Shown here: positions 32,185 through 45,993 of the stretch, piece by piece
How positions within the stretch are numbered: position 1 is the stretch's first letter
How the letters are laid out: the number at the start of each line of letters is the position of its first letter
Source: Eledone cirrhosa
Taxonomy: Eukaryota
Direction of reading: 5' to 3'
NCBI GenBank assembly: GCA_964016885.1
Contig: OZ024749.1
Location: forward strand, 4,340,001-4,404,000
Length of the DNA: 64,000 nt
Made by a program: the position numbers and the translations under genes
Notes under the pieces: generated by a model
Database searches by the model: none
Seen by the model: the letters and a program-made list of their open reading frames with translations, nothing else
What the model was told of the DNA's origin: nothing

Positions 32185-33855
32185 ATATACACAGACACAT
32201 ATACACACTCACATATATATATCTCTGTGTGCATGCACACACACATATATACATACATACACATATATATACACATAAGCACATATATGTGCATACATGC
32301 ACATACACACACATATATCACATAGATACGGAGATATACATATAAATAGAGAGACATACATATATATACAACACACATACACACACATACATACACACGC
32401 ATATACATATACATATATATATATATATATATATTCCTATATATACACATAACATATATATATACACATATATACACATACATACACATATACGTACACA
32501 CATTCACATACACATACATATATAGATGCATATATACACACATATACATACATACATACACTCATATATACACACACAATCTTACATTCATATTTGCATG
32601 CACATATATGTATTATTATATTTAGATATAAATACCCAAACCTATATAGACACCTACCTACATATATATTCATACATAGACGCTTACAAATACAGATGAT
32701 AATAGTATGGGGGAAAGGGGGGGTTTGGAGAAGGGGATCAAAGTAAATATATGTTTCAAGAAACATAGAAAATTTTCCGTATCTTTATCCAATATATGTT
32801 TTTTTTACATATTTTTCAGTGTTATGAAATACAACAAATAAAAACTAAGGCAAAATCTATGCATCTCAAAATAAACAAGTATACCATTAACTATATGTTA
32901 ACTAAACCAAAGATAGTTAACATATTGATTTCTAAGGTGTAAATTAGTTAGGTTTATAATATTTGAAGCAGAATTTTGAAGTTAAATAGTAGTAGAGTAT
33001 TAATTACAGTATAACTAAATTAAAGTTAATAAATTTATGGTATCAATATTAGGAAATGAAATTAGTAATAGGGAAAAAACAAATAAAATAAAGTAGTACA
33101 TCGGTAGTAGAATATAAATTATAGGTTAACTAAATTAAAAATTATATATTTATTTCTATAGTATATGTTAATTAGGTATACAATACATAAAGCAGATATT
33201 GTATTTCATCAATAGCATAATATAATTATATGCAAATAGAAATCAAAATTAATACGCATACATATACATATACATACACATACACATATACACACATATA
33301 CACACAAATATATATATATATATATATACATATATATACATATACATACACACACACATACACATACACATATACATATACATATCTTTTTCAAAAAATT
33401 GCATAGAATACATTAACTAGGTATATATCCAAAACACATCGCATTCTATGATTACATGACATTCTGCAATTCGTCTGTATAAGGATACTAATATTAAGCA
33501 AATTAAAATTAAATTTTTAGGTTGATTAAAACTAAAACCAAATTATAAATATATTTCAAAAATGTATATTAATTAGGTCAATAATACTAAAAATTATTTT
33601 TCTGTCATTGGATACACGATATTATTTTGTTATATTTTATCTGTAAAAGAATTATAATAAAAATAATAAAAGGTTTAAATAAATTAAAAATAATCTATAA
33701 ATTAAATTACTAAGTATATATTAGTAATATTTAAAGGTTTTTCACAATTTATGATTACATAATATTTTATATTCTGATCTGTAATAAAATTTTAATTAAA
33801 TTAAATATATAGGTTAACTAACATTTAAATTAAATTAATTTCTAAAATAATGTTG

Positions 33856-35299
33856 TTAATTAGGTTTATAATATTTAAATGTTTTTTTTAGTTTATGATT
33901 ACACGATATAATTAATTCCTGTCGTTTATTTAATAAGATATCCTTAGACTTCATTATTTCAAATAGTTCTTGGGAACATAATCTACATTCATTTCTATTA
34001 TTTTGATAAGGGGTGGCTCTTTTGAGCACACTCCAGGTCAAATCATATTTTATATTCTTATTTTTATAACTATTGATTTTTTCAGCTAGAGATGTTGTAT
34101 TAGCCAGTGCAGCATTTTTAAAACTATGCTTGTGGGTATTAAACCTTGTCTTAAAATTGTTAGAGGTAGCTCCTATATATGAGCAAATAGAATCTTTAGT
34201 TTTAACATTACATTTATAGACTATGTTGTTAACAAGACAATTCCCTTTTAATGGGCAGTTTGCTTTGTTTCTACAGTTACATCCTTTCGTTAATTCTGTA
34301 TTTGAGGAGATATTATGGTTAATTTGATGTACTGGTGGTATAGTTATGGTTTTCTTACATTTATATGCATTATATGCACTTATATTTTGTTTTATGTTAT
34401 TTGTTGTAGAGTATGAGAATTTAACTGTAGACCTATTTAAGATTTGATGGTATTTGTGGTTTGGCGGGAAGTTTTTCTCAAGGATATAAAAAAATTGTTT
34501 AGCAATATTATCCTTAACTTGTAAATTAAAAGGAGCATTATACCAAGTAACCCGTCTATTACGGTTTCTATGTTGTTTATTATTTTTATTATTTTTATAG
34601 GTTGTATCGTGATTTTTACTAGGAGGATTAATGTTAATGATCTCACCACAACTATTTTTAGTTATATTTGTAGATTTAGGTGTTTTATCCTTTTTATTAG
34701 GAGTTTTATTATTAATATTTATTAGAGTTGTATGATGAGTAGTTTTTTGAGAGTTACTATACTTTATATTAGAAGATTTGGTATGTTGGGGTATAGTGTG
34801 GGTGGCATTTAGGTGTGTACTTTTCATTTGGTGTTTGTTGGTAATATTATGTTGTATGCTTTCAGTATTTTTAGTAGAAGGTATATACTCTAATCTATTT
34901 TTGTGGCCACTTCTATCTAGAGCTTCGTTATAGAAGGTCGCATTTTTATCAAATACATCTTGGTTAGAAGAAAGGTTAGAAATTCTAAGTGATATATTAT
35001 ATGCAAGGTTTTTAAGGATAGATTTAGGGTGATTAGATTGTGAGTGTATGTAATGTAAGTTTTGGTTAGGTTTATGGTAAGGTTGGTAGATACCCGTAGC
35101 TAAATCTAAAGTTATATCTAGGAAGTTTACTACCTTACTTATTTTTTCAAAAGTAATATTAAGATTATAATAGTCTTTAAGGAAAGTTCTAATATGTTTT
35201 TTGTTTTTTTCAATTTCTGAAAGGCTAAGGTTGTTAGAAAGAAGAAGACAGTCATCACGATATAAACCACCTTTGAGGTGGGGAAAAGAGGCATTTATA
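33856..35299 (-). pseudogene. 5'-truncated but otherwise open PLE ORF: RT C-terminal half and Cys-rich GIY-YIG endonuclease (Naiad-like motifs)
   Basis: [96 protein letters not shown]. The N-terminal IYIY part of the ORF track entry is inverted-arm microsatellite. Confidence 0.9.
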
Positions 35300-35341
35300 A
35301 GAGATATATATATGTGAGTGTGTATATGTGTCTGTGTATAT

Positions 35342-35432
<91 letters not shown>

Positions 35433-35496
35433 TGTCTATGTGTGAATATATATCTATATTCATATGTGTGTATATGTGTATGTATGTGTTTGTATG

Positions 35497-35527
<31 letters not shown>

Positions 35528-35562
35528 GTGTATGTGGGTATGTATATATATATATATATATG

Positions 35563-35608
<46 letters not shown>

Positions 35609-35725
35609 TTTTATTATTATAATATAACTTATGTGTATGTGTGTATAAGTGAAGTTATGTATATGTATGTAATATGTCTATATATAAGTGTAGAAAAATA
35701 TATTTATATGTGCATGTCTGTTCTT

Positions 35726-35768
<43 letters not shown>

Positions 35769-35844
35769 AACGTGTGTGTATATATATGTATATGTGGGTG
35801 TTTGTATGTGTATTTATGGTGGTATGAATGTGTAGGTATCTTTG

Positions 35845-35877
<33 letters not shown>

Positions 35878-35902
35878 GTATGAGTGTATGTGTGTATATA
35901 TG

Positions 35903-35933
<31 letters not shown>

Positions 35934-36319
35934 ATATATATATATATATGTATATTTGTATGTGTGTATATATATATATCTCTATTAATGCGTGTGTGTA
36001 TGTATATACATATGCCTTTTTATTAATATCTTATTTGTATGTCTGAGTTAGGTAAGGTTGTAGGGTTTTTTATGTATATACGCATAAATGGATGCGTATG
36101 TATTAGTATATATGAGTATAAGTAAGTGCATATGTATGTATGATTATATTTCTAATTCTATGTATGAATATACATGTATATATATGTGTGTATGTAAGTT
36201 GTGTATGTATGTAAGTATATGTCTATGTGTGTATGTATATATATATATGTATATCGATGTACGTATATGTATGTACATGTATGTCTATGTATGTATGTAT
36301 GTGTATGTATATTTGGGTG

Positions 36320-36370
<51 letters not shown>

Positions 36371-36617
36371 ATATATATATATGTATATATCTTTATTATT
36401 TATTTTTTATATATATGTGTATGTGTGTATGTGTTGCGTGTGTGTGTGTGTGTGTATATATATCTTTATATATGTGTATGTGTATGTTCGTGTAGATATA
36501 TGTGTGTGTATGACTTTATATGTATGTGTGTATGTATGTATGCGTATATATTTCTGTGTGTGTGTGTACATGTATGTATGTGTATATATCTGTATGTATA
36601 TGTTATGTGTATTTGTA

Positions 36618-36673
<56 letters not shown>

Positions 36674-36697
36674 ATATATATATATGTGTATATGTAT

Positions 36698-36746
<49 letters not shown>

Positions 36747-37062
36747 TTTCTATTTGTATATGTATGTTGTGTATAAGTATATACCTTTCTATTTGTATTT
36801 CTATGTTGTGTGATAGTGTAGTGGTGTTAGTATGGATATACCGATAAATAGATGCGTAAGTATTTGTCTGTATGTATATATGTAAATCTGTATATATTTC
36901 TGTGTATATATAGCTATGTATGTGTATATCTGTATGTATATTAGTATGTAAGTGTTGTATATTTGCATGTATGTGTGTGGTTATATATATCTGTGTCTGT
37001 ATAGTATGTGTGATTATATGTATATGTGTGTGTATATGTACGTGTATATGCATATGTATGTA

Positions 37063-37103
<41 letters not shown>

Positions 37104-37315
37104 ATATATATGTGTATGTGTATTTGTATGTATATGTGTATATGTATGTATGTGTGTATATGTATATGTTTATATATGTGTGTGTATGTATGTTCTTAGT
37201 GTTGATGTGTGTATATGTATGTATGAATTTATATATGTGTGTATATTTATGTATGGATGTGTGAGTGTCTATGTGTGTATATATATGTATGTTTTTTTAT
37301 ATATATATATATATA

Positions 37316-37368
<53 letters not shown>

Positions 37369-38038
37369 ATGTATGTGTATATGTGTATATTTATTTTCTT
37401 GATATATTTCTTTTTTCTTTTTTCTTTTTTCTTTTTTCTGTTCTTCTTTCTATTCTTTCCTCCTTAATGTTTTATTTATTATGTTTTATTTGTTTTATTT
37501 TTCTTAGTTTATAGATACATTTATATTAGGCAGTCTGTTCAGACCGTTGAATACTGACCCCTCCCCCCCCCCCCCACTCCCACCTAATTTCTGTATCTTG
37601 ATCTGAAAATGTGTATGCCAGTGTTTTATGTGAGTGAATTAATATCCATGTGCTTATGATTTTATATCCACATATATAAATGTGAGTGGGGGTGTGTGTG
37701 TGTTTGTATGTTCGTGGTTATGTGTATATTTATGCATATACGCGCGTGTATGTGTGATTGTACGGATATGTGTGAGTATGAAAAAATATATTTTTATATA
37801 CTTAACTTCATAAGTGTCAATAACTCACAGAGACATTAACCTTGAAAATTTTGTATTTGCATCCATCTTTTTAGTATGCGTATACAATTTATACATACAT
37901 TTTTGTAAAATATGTGTAAGGGTTTTACATGTATATACACACACCGAACTGCATTTAACCCTTTGTGTTTTCATTGGTCAATTTTTGTTCCCAAACGGAC
38001 CTGAAATTTTGAATTGTTGTTATTATCAATAAATATAC

Positions 38039-38193
38039 TTCATTATTTCTGAAGACGGCGTATATATGTGTTTGGTATGTATATTTAATCTTGATAATTT
38101 GTATAATTTTGTATAATTTTGTACATAGATCTGTTAAATATGCATACCAATTCTAACACATATATATCCTAGAAACGATCGTTAAATAATGAA
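38039..38193 (+). ncRNA. Type I hammerhead with very long stem II, family F
   Basis: Perfect 10-bp stem I ttcattattt/aaataatgaa; CTGAAGA at 38049-38055; ~115-nt self-complementary stem II; GAAA-CGATCG-TT with GUU triplet. Confidence 0.75.
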
Positions 38194-38376
38194 CTTTTTT
38201 TGTTTAATATAAGGAATTGTTTATTCATTATTTGTTTAATATTTTATCTTGACTCTGTATACCGTTTATCTTTCACCGAAAGTGGTTTTTCATTACATCT
38301 CTTCTTTCCATGATATCCGGAATACATTGAGTTCTCCATACGGATTGGACACTACCGTAAGCTCTTGGTAGATTTA

Positions 38377-38448
<72 letters not shown>

Positions 38449-38474
38449 TGTGTGTATATATATATCTAAATATA

Positions 38475-38533
<59 letters not shown>

Positions 38534-38700
38534 TGCTCTGAGGAAACAGTGGTCACACCATTGGATATTCGAGTTCTGCAAATACTTGTGAATTTGCACG
38601 TAGCGGAACTAGGCTGCAGCACCACCGTGGAAACACTTGTAAGCACACGGAATAAACTACCTTTTTATGATGTCTACCTGTTATTATTCATTCTTTATAC

Positions 38701-38785
<85 letters not shown>

Positions 38786-39203
38786 AGCTTGTGAGTGTAT
38801 GGATCAACAACTAATTTCTGCTTCTAATCTCTAAACTATATTTGCTTCACCTTCGTGCTACTAGTTGTCCGTCCCCAACCATCTTTTACAGAGTGTCTAT
38901 AATGAATGGAAAATTCTTGGTGCCTCTGTTTTAACGAATATCTTACTAACGTGTATCGACTGATACATAGTTGCAAGATAGCAACAATAATAGAACTAAT
39001 AATAATGATAACAACTATAACAACGATTACAACTGCGACAAATACAACAACAACAATAATAATAACAATTATTATTATTATTAATATAAGAAAAAGAATA
39101 GTATAATGGAAATATTAAAGCAAATACATATCAATATATGAAAATCTATGAATCATAAATTAATATGCCTTTCTTTCTCTCTGCACCGGCCCTCTCTCTC
39201 TCT

Positions 39204-39286
<83 letters not shown>

Positions 39287-39302
39287 TATATATATATATT
39301 GA

Positions 39303-39580
39303 AGATATAAAAAGGACGATTGGTTACTCTTTCATTAGATTTAATGGTAGGTGACGCGCCTTTCACCACTGATCAGGTCAAGGGTCGATCTGTGTCGATC
39401 TTACCCGACTCTATAATCCGCAGCTCGACAGACGCTTTAAAGTGCTAGTAGAAAGGGTCAGTCGAGCTGCGGATTATAGAGTCTGGTAAGATCGGTACAG
39501 ATCTAACGTTGAGCAGTGGTGAAACGCGCGTCACCTGCCAATAAATATAATGAAGGAGTAACCAACCGCCCTTGTTATCT
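39303..39580. repeat. Diverged fold-back of the 13990-14225 repeat family
   Basis: The arms end ...ccgcagctcgac and gtcgagctgcgg... around a 31-nt spacer. Confidence 0.8.
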
Positions 39581-39680
39581 TTTCATTATAGACTTCTGTA
39601 TAGCTCTACACCTCGACACAGATGTGTACCTAAACGTCGAGTTCTCACCCAGGTGAACCTACTTAACTCCAAGTTACACT

Positions 39681-39740
<60 letters not shown>

Positions 39741-39746
<6 letters not shown>

Positions 39747-40120
39747 ATACTTTGGGAGGGTCATGTTGCCAATGAGAAAAACAAGCACCAGTGCTTTCAC
39801 TCCAATTTATTATAAATTAAATTTATAAATTTAATAATTTTATAAATTCCCGGTTGATTGGTTGGTTCCATAACCGGATAGTTGTTCATATATTGTCAAA
39901 GTTCTTTCGTCATACATTCTGTGACCTCTTCAGTGACTGGGGATTATTTTCTTTGTTTTGTGCCTCTCCTTTTTTCTGTCCTACGCCATCTTATTTGTGT
40001 ATGTAGTGAACATTTGATGCGTGTGTTCCTTATTGTCAACATGACCCACCCCAAGCATAACAATATCGGTTTCAACACACGTTTTCAGATAAAGAATCTT
40101 GCTAAACAAATTCAGAAACG

Positions 40121-40121
<1 letters not shown>
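39741..40121. mobile_element. Family D pLTR with HHR at 39895-39937 (-), followed by an inverted terminal piece
   Basis: 39741-39975 matches 693-950. About 40015-40121 is the reverse complement of the 54367-54470 terminus. Confidence 0.75.
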
Positions 40122-40166
<45 letters not shown>

Positions 40167-40293
40167 GGAAAAAATGAAACGAAATTTCATTTCCCACATA
40201 CATATATATATACTGGATAACAGGTTATCGTTATATATATAAATATAATTATTCTTTTATACATATCTATACCTCTATATATATATATATAAT

Positions 40294-40397
40294 AATTGTT
40301 TCTAATTTTGGCACAAGGCCAGCAACTACCCCAGTGCGTTACTGGTACTTTATTTTATCGACCCCGTAAGGAAGAAAGATAAGGTTAACCTCGGCGG
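40294..40397 (-). mobile_element. SINE 3' half (family of 45994-46178)
   Basis: ttgtttcta..ggcacaaggccagc..actggtactttattttatcgaccccgtaagg. Confidence 0.75.
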
Positions 40398-41334
40398 CGA
40401 GACGGACTCAGCGGGACAGGTTGTATCTCAGCGTACTTCATGGGAAATGTAAGACACATTCCCAGAGTATACACATAGCTACTTGCTTCAATTCAACACA
40501 CGTAAAACGGCTGCCTATAATACTTCCCGGACTCGAGTTTCGGTCACACTTAATGCAATAGTAAGGTGCACTGCACCGCCTGTCTACATATATTAGCAAT
40601 AATGAATAATTGGCATGTGCGGCTTCATCAGCGGGTATCGCCTAATCAATAACCAATCGATCAACGGAATCCAAACCCCAGCCCATGCTGGCTATGTCGG
40701 TTTGTTACAGCCGACACCGTAAAGTGATTAACAACTAAAATCTAATATAATTATGTCTCTCGCCTAGCCACCGATTTACAAACTTTACGTGGTGGCGGGA
40801 GAATAGAAAACTAATTCTTTCGTTCCCGTCAAAAGAACTCAGTCAACGTGTCTCAAACACAAATTAATAAGAAGTGAAATGATGGCTATTAGAAATAGCA
40901 GTCCCACATCGATGTATAATAGATGGTAGCATTCAGCTAATGTCTCCACGACACATAGCTAGAGGAAAGCGATAGTAACAATGGTAGAGCCAAGAACCTT
41001 TAAAGGACTTTAAACGCCAGTATCCCTTATAGAGGGATATATAGTAGCAAGCTGGATTGTTGCAGACGCGTGCGTAAATCAGTCTATTTCACAACTTAAA
41101 AGAGTGAGAGATAAAATTAATAGCAGTAATTAGAGCGCATATCAAAACAAAAACAATAAAAAAAAATTGAAAAAATAGTTTAACTTACCCTCATTATTTC
41201 GCTAGTTGGGAGAAAATAATAATAAGGAGATGACGGACCCAGCATATTTAGCAATGCCAGCATCGGTTGTATCTCAGAGTACTCAATAGGCAATATATGT
41301 ATATATATTAATTTATACATATCTAGATATATAT

Positions 41335-41592
41335 ATGTAGGAGGTGAGTTTTAGTGTAGTACAATAAAGCAATGCAGATATCGGATAAGAAGCACTCTAC
41401 AGTTTGTAGGACTGGAGTATACATAATATATCAGAGCAAAAGATGGTTAAAAGAGTTCCATGTATTTTATTATGCGCATTTCAAAAACAAATATCAACAT
41501 GCGATAATATTTGTGTTTTCATCAGATAAAATAGGAAGACATGGTATGAAGGTTAAAAAACACTTGTGAATAGTGCAGTTTTGAATCAACAT
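41335..41592 (-). mobile_element. Full 258-bp family B element; intact HHR at 41463-41533
   Basis: Both conserved termini are present and the HHR core is canonical. Confidence 0.8.
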
Positions 41593-41624
41593 ATCTTGAT
41601 ATGCATATACACACACACACACAC

Positions 41625-41724
<100 letters not shown>

Positions 41725-41746
41725 TATGGATATATATGTATATATT

Positions 41747-41794
<48 letters not shown>

Positions 41795-41801
41795 GAAATA
41801 T

Positions 41802-41836
<35 letters not shown>

Positions 41837-41839
<3 letters not shown>

Positions 41840-43654
41840 AAAGGACGTAAAATAAGAAAATATTTTTTTAAAAAAATGTTTTTCTTACTTAAATTTTCAC
41901 TCCAACTAATTAGTTTCTGCAATGGGATAAAGACAGTTACGTAATCCAACTGTCGAGAATTCATTGCGTCATCAGGGAGTCTATTCTCAGTTAAGTCTCC
42001 AGGCAATGCGCGGACACTGGCGGCTCATATAAAAATAATAATAATTCAGTAGATCGAACAGCTTGCGAGGACTGGATTCTATGTACCGAAATTCTCACTG
42101 CTTCAAGTCAAATGGCCGATTCTAAAGAATCAATCACGTGACACAGAGGCTAGTTAGAAGGAATGGGATGGTAAGATGACTGACGACCACTAACACCCCA
42201 AAAAAATTTTTTTAGAAGTGGTTTTGACAAGTTTGCTCGACAAATCAGTGATTTGGAGATAAATATAGATAATTTAATATATCAACTAACATAAGCGCAC
42301 AGATGCACGCCCATGCCAGCAAATACACAGGTTATGTCATAGTACCTAGGTGGTTCAATGCAGGAGAATGCAGAACAATAATATAAAGGACGTAAAATAA
42401 GAAAATATTTTTTTAAAAAAATTTTTTTCTTACTTAAATTTTCACTCCAACTAATTAGTTTCTGCAATGGGATAAAGACAGTTACGTAATCCAACTGTCG
42501 AGAATTCATTGCGTCATCAGGGAGTCTATTCTCAGTTAAGTCTCCAGGCAATGCGCGGACACTGGCGGCTCATATAAAAATAATAATAATTCGGTAGATC
42601 GAACAGCTTGCGAGGACTGGATTCTATGTACCGAAATTCTCACTGCTTCAAGTCAAATGGCCGATTCTAAAGAATCAATCACGTGACACAGAGGCTAGTT
42701 AGAAGGAATGGGATGGTAAGATGACTGACGCCTACTAACACCCCCAAAAAAATTTTTTTAGAAGTGGTTTTGACAAGTTTGCTCGACAAATCAGTGATTT
42801 GGAGATAAATATAGATAATTTAATATATCAACTAACATAAGCGCACAGATGCACGCCCATGCCAGCAAATACACAGGTTATGTCATAGTACCTAGGTGGT
42901 TCAATGCAGGAGAATGCAGAACAATAATATAAAGGACGTAAAATAAGAAAATATTTTTTTAAAAAAATTTTTTTCTTACTTAAATTTTCACTCCAACTAA
43001 TTAGTTTCTGCAATGGGATAAAGACAGTTACGTAATCCAACTGTCGAGAATTCATTGCGTCATCAGGGAGTCTATTCTCAGTTAAGTCTCCAGGCAATGC
43101 GCGGACACTGGCGGCTCATATAAAAATAATAATAATTCGGTAGATCGAACAGCTTGCGAGGACTGGATTCTATGTACCGAAATTCTCACTGCTTCAAGTC
43201 AAATGGCCGATTCTAAAGAATCAATCACGTGACACAGAGGCTAGTTAGAAGGAATGGGATGGTAAGATGACTGACGCCTACTAACACCCCAAAAAAAATT
43301 TTTTTAGAAGTGGTTTTGACAAGTTTGCTCGACAAATCAGTGATTTGGAGATAAATATAGATAATTTAATATATCAACTAACATAAGCGCACAGATGCAC
43401 GCCCATGCCAGCAAATACACAGGTTATGTCATAGTACCTAGGTGGTTCAATGCAGGAGAATGCAGAACAATAATATAAAGGACGTAAAATAAGAAAATAT
43501 TTTTTTTAAAAAATTTTTTTCTTACTTAAATTTTCACTCCAACTAATTATTTTCTGCAATGGGATAAAGACAGTTACGTAATCCAACTGTCGAGAATTCA
43601 TTGCGTCATCAGGGAGTCCATTCTCAGTTAAGTCTCCAGGCAATGCGCGGACAC
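41837..43654 (-). repeat. Head-to-tail tandem array of a 546-bp unit (3.3 copies), each with a hammerhead (retrozyme-like)
   Basis: Units start at 41837, 42382, 42928 and 43474 and are near-identical. The array is flanked by TA tracts. Confidence 0.95.
41899..41980 (-). ncRNA. Type I hammerhead, family K, unit 1 (also 42444-42525, 42990-43071, 43536-43617)
   Basis: Minus strand: actcc-CTGATGA-C-GCAATG..GACAGTT..AACTGTC..CATTGC-A-GAAA-CTAATTAG-TT-ggagt. Confidence 0.8.
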
Positions 43655-43740
43655 ATATGTATGTAGAAATATATCCATATATATCCATATATATGTATAT
43701 ATATATATAAATATATATGTACAAATATATACATATATAT

Positions 43741-43825
<85 letters not shown>

Positions 43826-43829
43826 CAGA

Positions 43830-43899
<70 letters not shown>

Positions 43900-43910
43900 C
43901 ATACGTACAT

Positions 43911-43976
<66 letters not shown>

Positions 43977-44140
43977 CTGTATATATATATATATATATTT
44001 AAAAATTAAACAAGGTTCAATGAATACATCAAATAATGAGTTTTACAATAGATTGGAAGCACTCAACTAGTAAAGGTTTATCCAGAGTTATTAATATTAA
44101 TTCAAAATATTAACAAAATAGATATTCTTGTCATCAATTA

Positions 44141-44207
44141 TATTTTATTATACACATTTCAGAGGTACTAAGTTAAGTTCAACAGTACGTCCTCATCAGA
44201 TAAAATA
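44141..44207 (-). ncRNA. Type I hammerhead, family C (partner at 47497-47563 (+) has GAAA mutated to GATA)
   Basis: Minus strand: tattttat-CTGATGA-GGACGTACT..AGTACCTCT-GAAA-TGTGTA-TA-ataaaata. Confidence 0.7.
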
Positions 44208-45090
44208 AAATGATGCATGACATACCCTGACATAGTAGATGGTTAGGATTTAGTCATGGTAGTGATTAACTTATGACAAAACTCAATATTTATACCCTAA
44301 TATTGAGAAGATGAGATAACATAATACAAACAATAGCGAGGATGCGTGTAATAGAGTTTAAGGAATACATGGCATCAATATAACAGTTATAACATTTTTT
44401 TCATTTTAAAAACTACTGGAGAAAGAGGAGGGAAAGGAAAGCATAGAGGAAGAAACAGGTGATGTGATAATATATTTAGTAGGTGGCTTGAAAAAACAGA
44501 TGAAAAATGATTAAAGAGAGAGAGAGACAAATGGGAGTAATTTATGTTCAAGTTTATATACAAAGATTTCCATATTTGTAACACATGTCCAAAATAATAT
44601 AGTTGGCGGTTAATTTTCAAAATATTTAACTTAAGTTATTTCAGGGTAATGAATAATATTTTATGTTTTAAAAGTTAATAGGTATTTGTATTAATATTAT
44701 AATATAATTATGTTTAATTTCTAAATTTTCAAATTTTATGAAAACAAATTTAATGATTTACGAGACACGAGAGAGAAAATACATATAATGTGTTTCTATC
44801 CTCACGAAGGTAATCTATACCAAAATTATTATAAAATTATTTATAATATTGACAACAGTTTCTATAATTATAATTTGTATAATATTTATAGTTATAATTA
44901 TTAAAGCCTTTATTGTTAAATAGTTAGAGTGCCTAAAGTATCAACCGCCCTTATAACAAACTTAAAGAGGTTTGAATTGTTTATTATATATATGTATCGA
45001 TCAAAAAATAGAAAGAATATAGTTTATTATTTGTTTATAATTGAGGTGATACTTTTCAAATATATATAATATAATATAATAATGCAATAA

Positions 45091-45268
45091 TTGTTTCTAC
45101 TATTGGCACAAGTCCAGCAATTACCCAGTACATTACTGGTTCTTTATTTTATCGACCTCCGTATGGATGAAAGTTAACCTTGGCGGGATTTGAACTAATA
45201 TCGTAAAGAGACGTAATTATGGTGGAACGCATATCCGACCCTCTACCGATAAGGCCAATTCACCGCCC
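45091..45268 (-). mobile_element. tRNA-derived SINE, diverged full-length copy
   Basis: 5' gggcggtgaattggc, B box gttcaaatccc, 3' gtagaaacaa. Confidence 0.8.
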
Positions 45269-45993
45269 TATGATAATGCAGTAATGCAATATAGTAAATA
45301 AGTTACTGAAAATATTGTTCAAAAATATATATAGTTGTATAAATATATTTATCTAGTCTAATAACATAATCGTAGTTACGTTTATAAATAATTTAGACAC
45401 TCATATGACTTTATATTGTTATAAGTGTTTGATATTCCCTGGTAGGTCGAACTTATATAATCATTTACTTAATATAATTTAATTTAACTTACTTTATTTT
45501 ATTTTATTTTATTTTATTTTATTTTATTTTAATTAAATTTATTTTAATTAAATTTAGATTACCTTCGGCTTTTTCAAATATTTAGCTCCTCTTTATATCA
45601 TATTCGCTAAAATATTTTTGATATATCTTTTCTATACTATATTAAAACCCTATTGCATTTATAGACACTCAAATGACTTTATAGTGTCATAAGTGTTTGA
45701 TATTCCCTGGAAGGTAGAACTTATATAATCATTTACTTAATATAATATAATTTAATTTAACTTATTTTATTTTATTATATTTTAATTAAATTTAATTAAA
45801 TTTAGATTACCTTCGGCTTTTTCAAATATTTAGCTACTCTTTAATATATTTTAGATATATCTTTTCTATACTATATTAAAACCCTATTGCATTTATAATA
45901 TAATATAATATAATATAATATAATATAATATAATATAATATAATATAATATAATATAATATAATATAATATAATAAAATATATGTTTAATATT

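Larger units (their letters stand above)
29312..38378 (-). mobile_element. Penelope-like element with 5' inversion: truncated ORF, ~4.5-kb 3' region and ~2.9-kb inverted copy
   Basis: 29312-32226 is the near-identical reverse complement of 35300-38247 (identical 72-aa spurious ORFs at 29527 and 37814). The ORF lies between the arms and each arm carries an HHR. Confidence 0.9.

Noticed and set aside
42180-42235. Second, plus-strand HHR in the tandem unit (CTGACGA-ccact..agtgg)
   Set aside because: No GAAA half follows, and the other units read CTGACGC.
41837-43654. CRISPR array or rDNA/snRNA tandem
   Set aside because: There are no unique spacers, the context is eukaryotic, and no 5S, tRNA or snRNA sequence is recognised in the unit.
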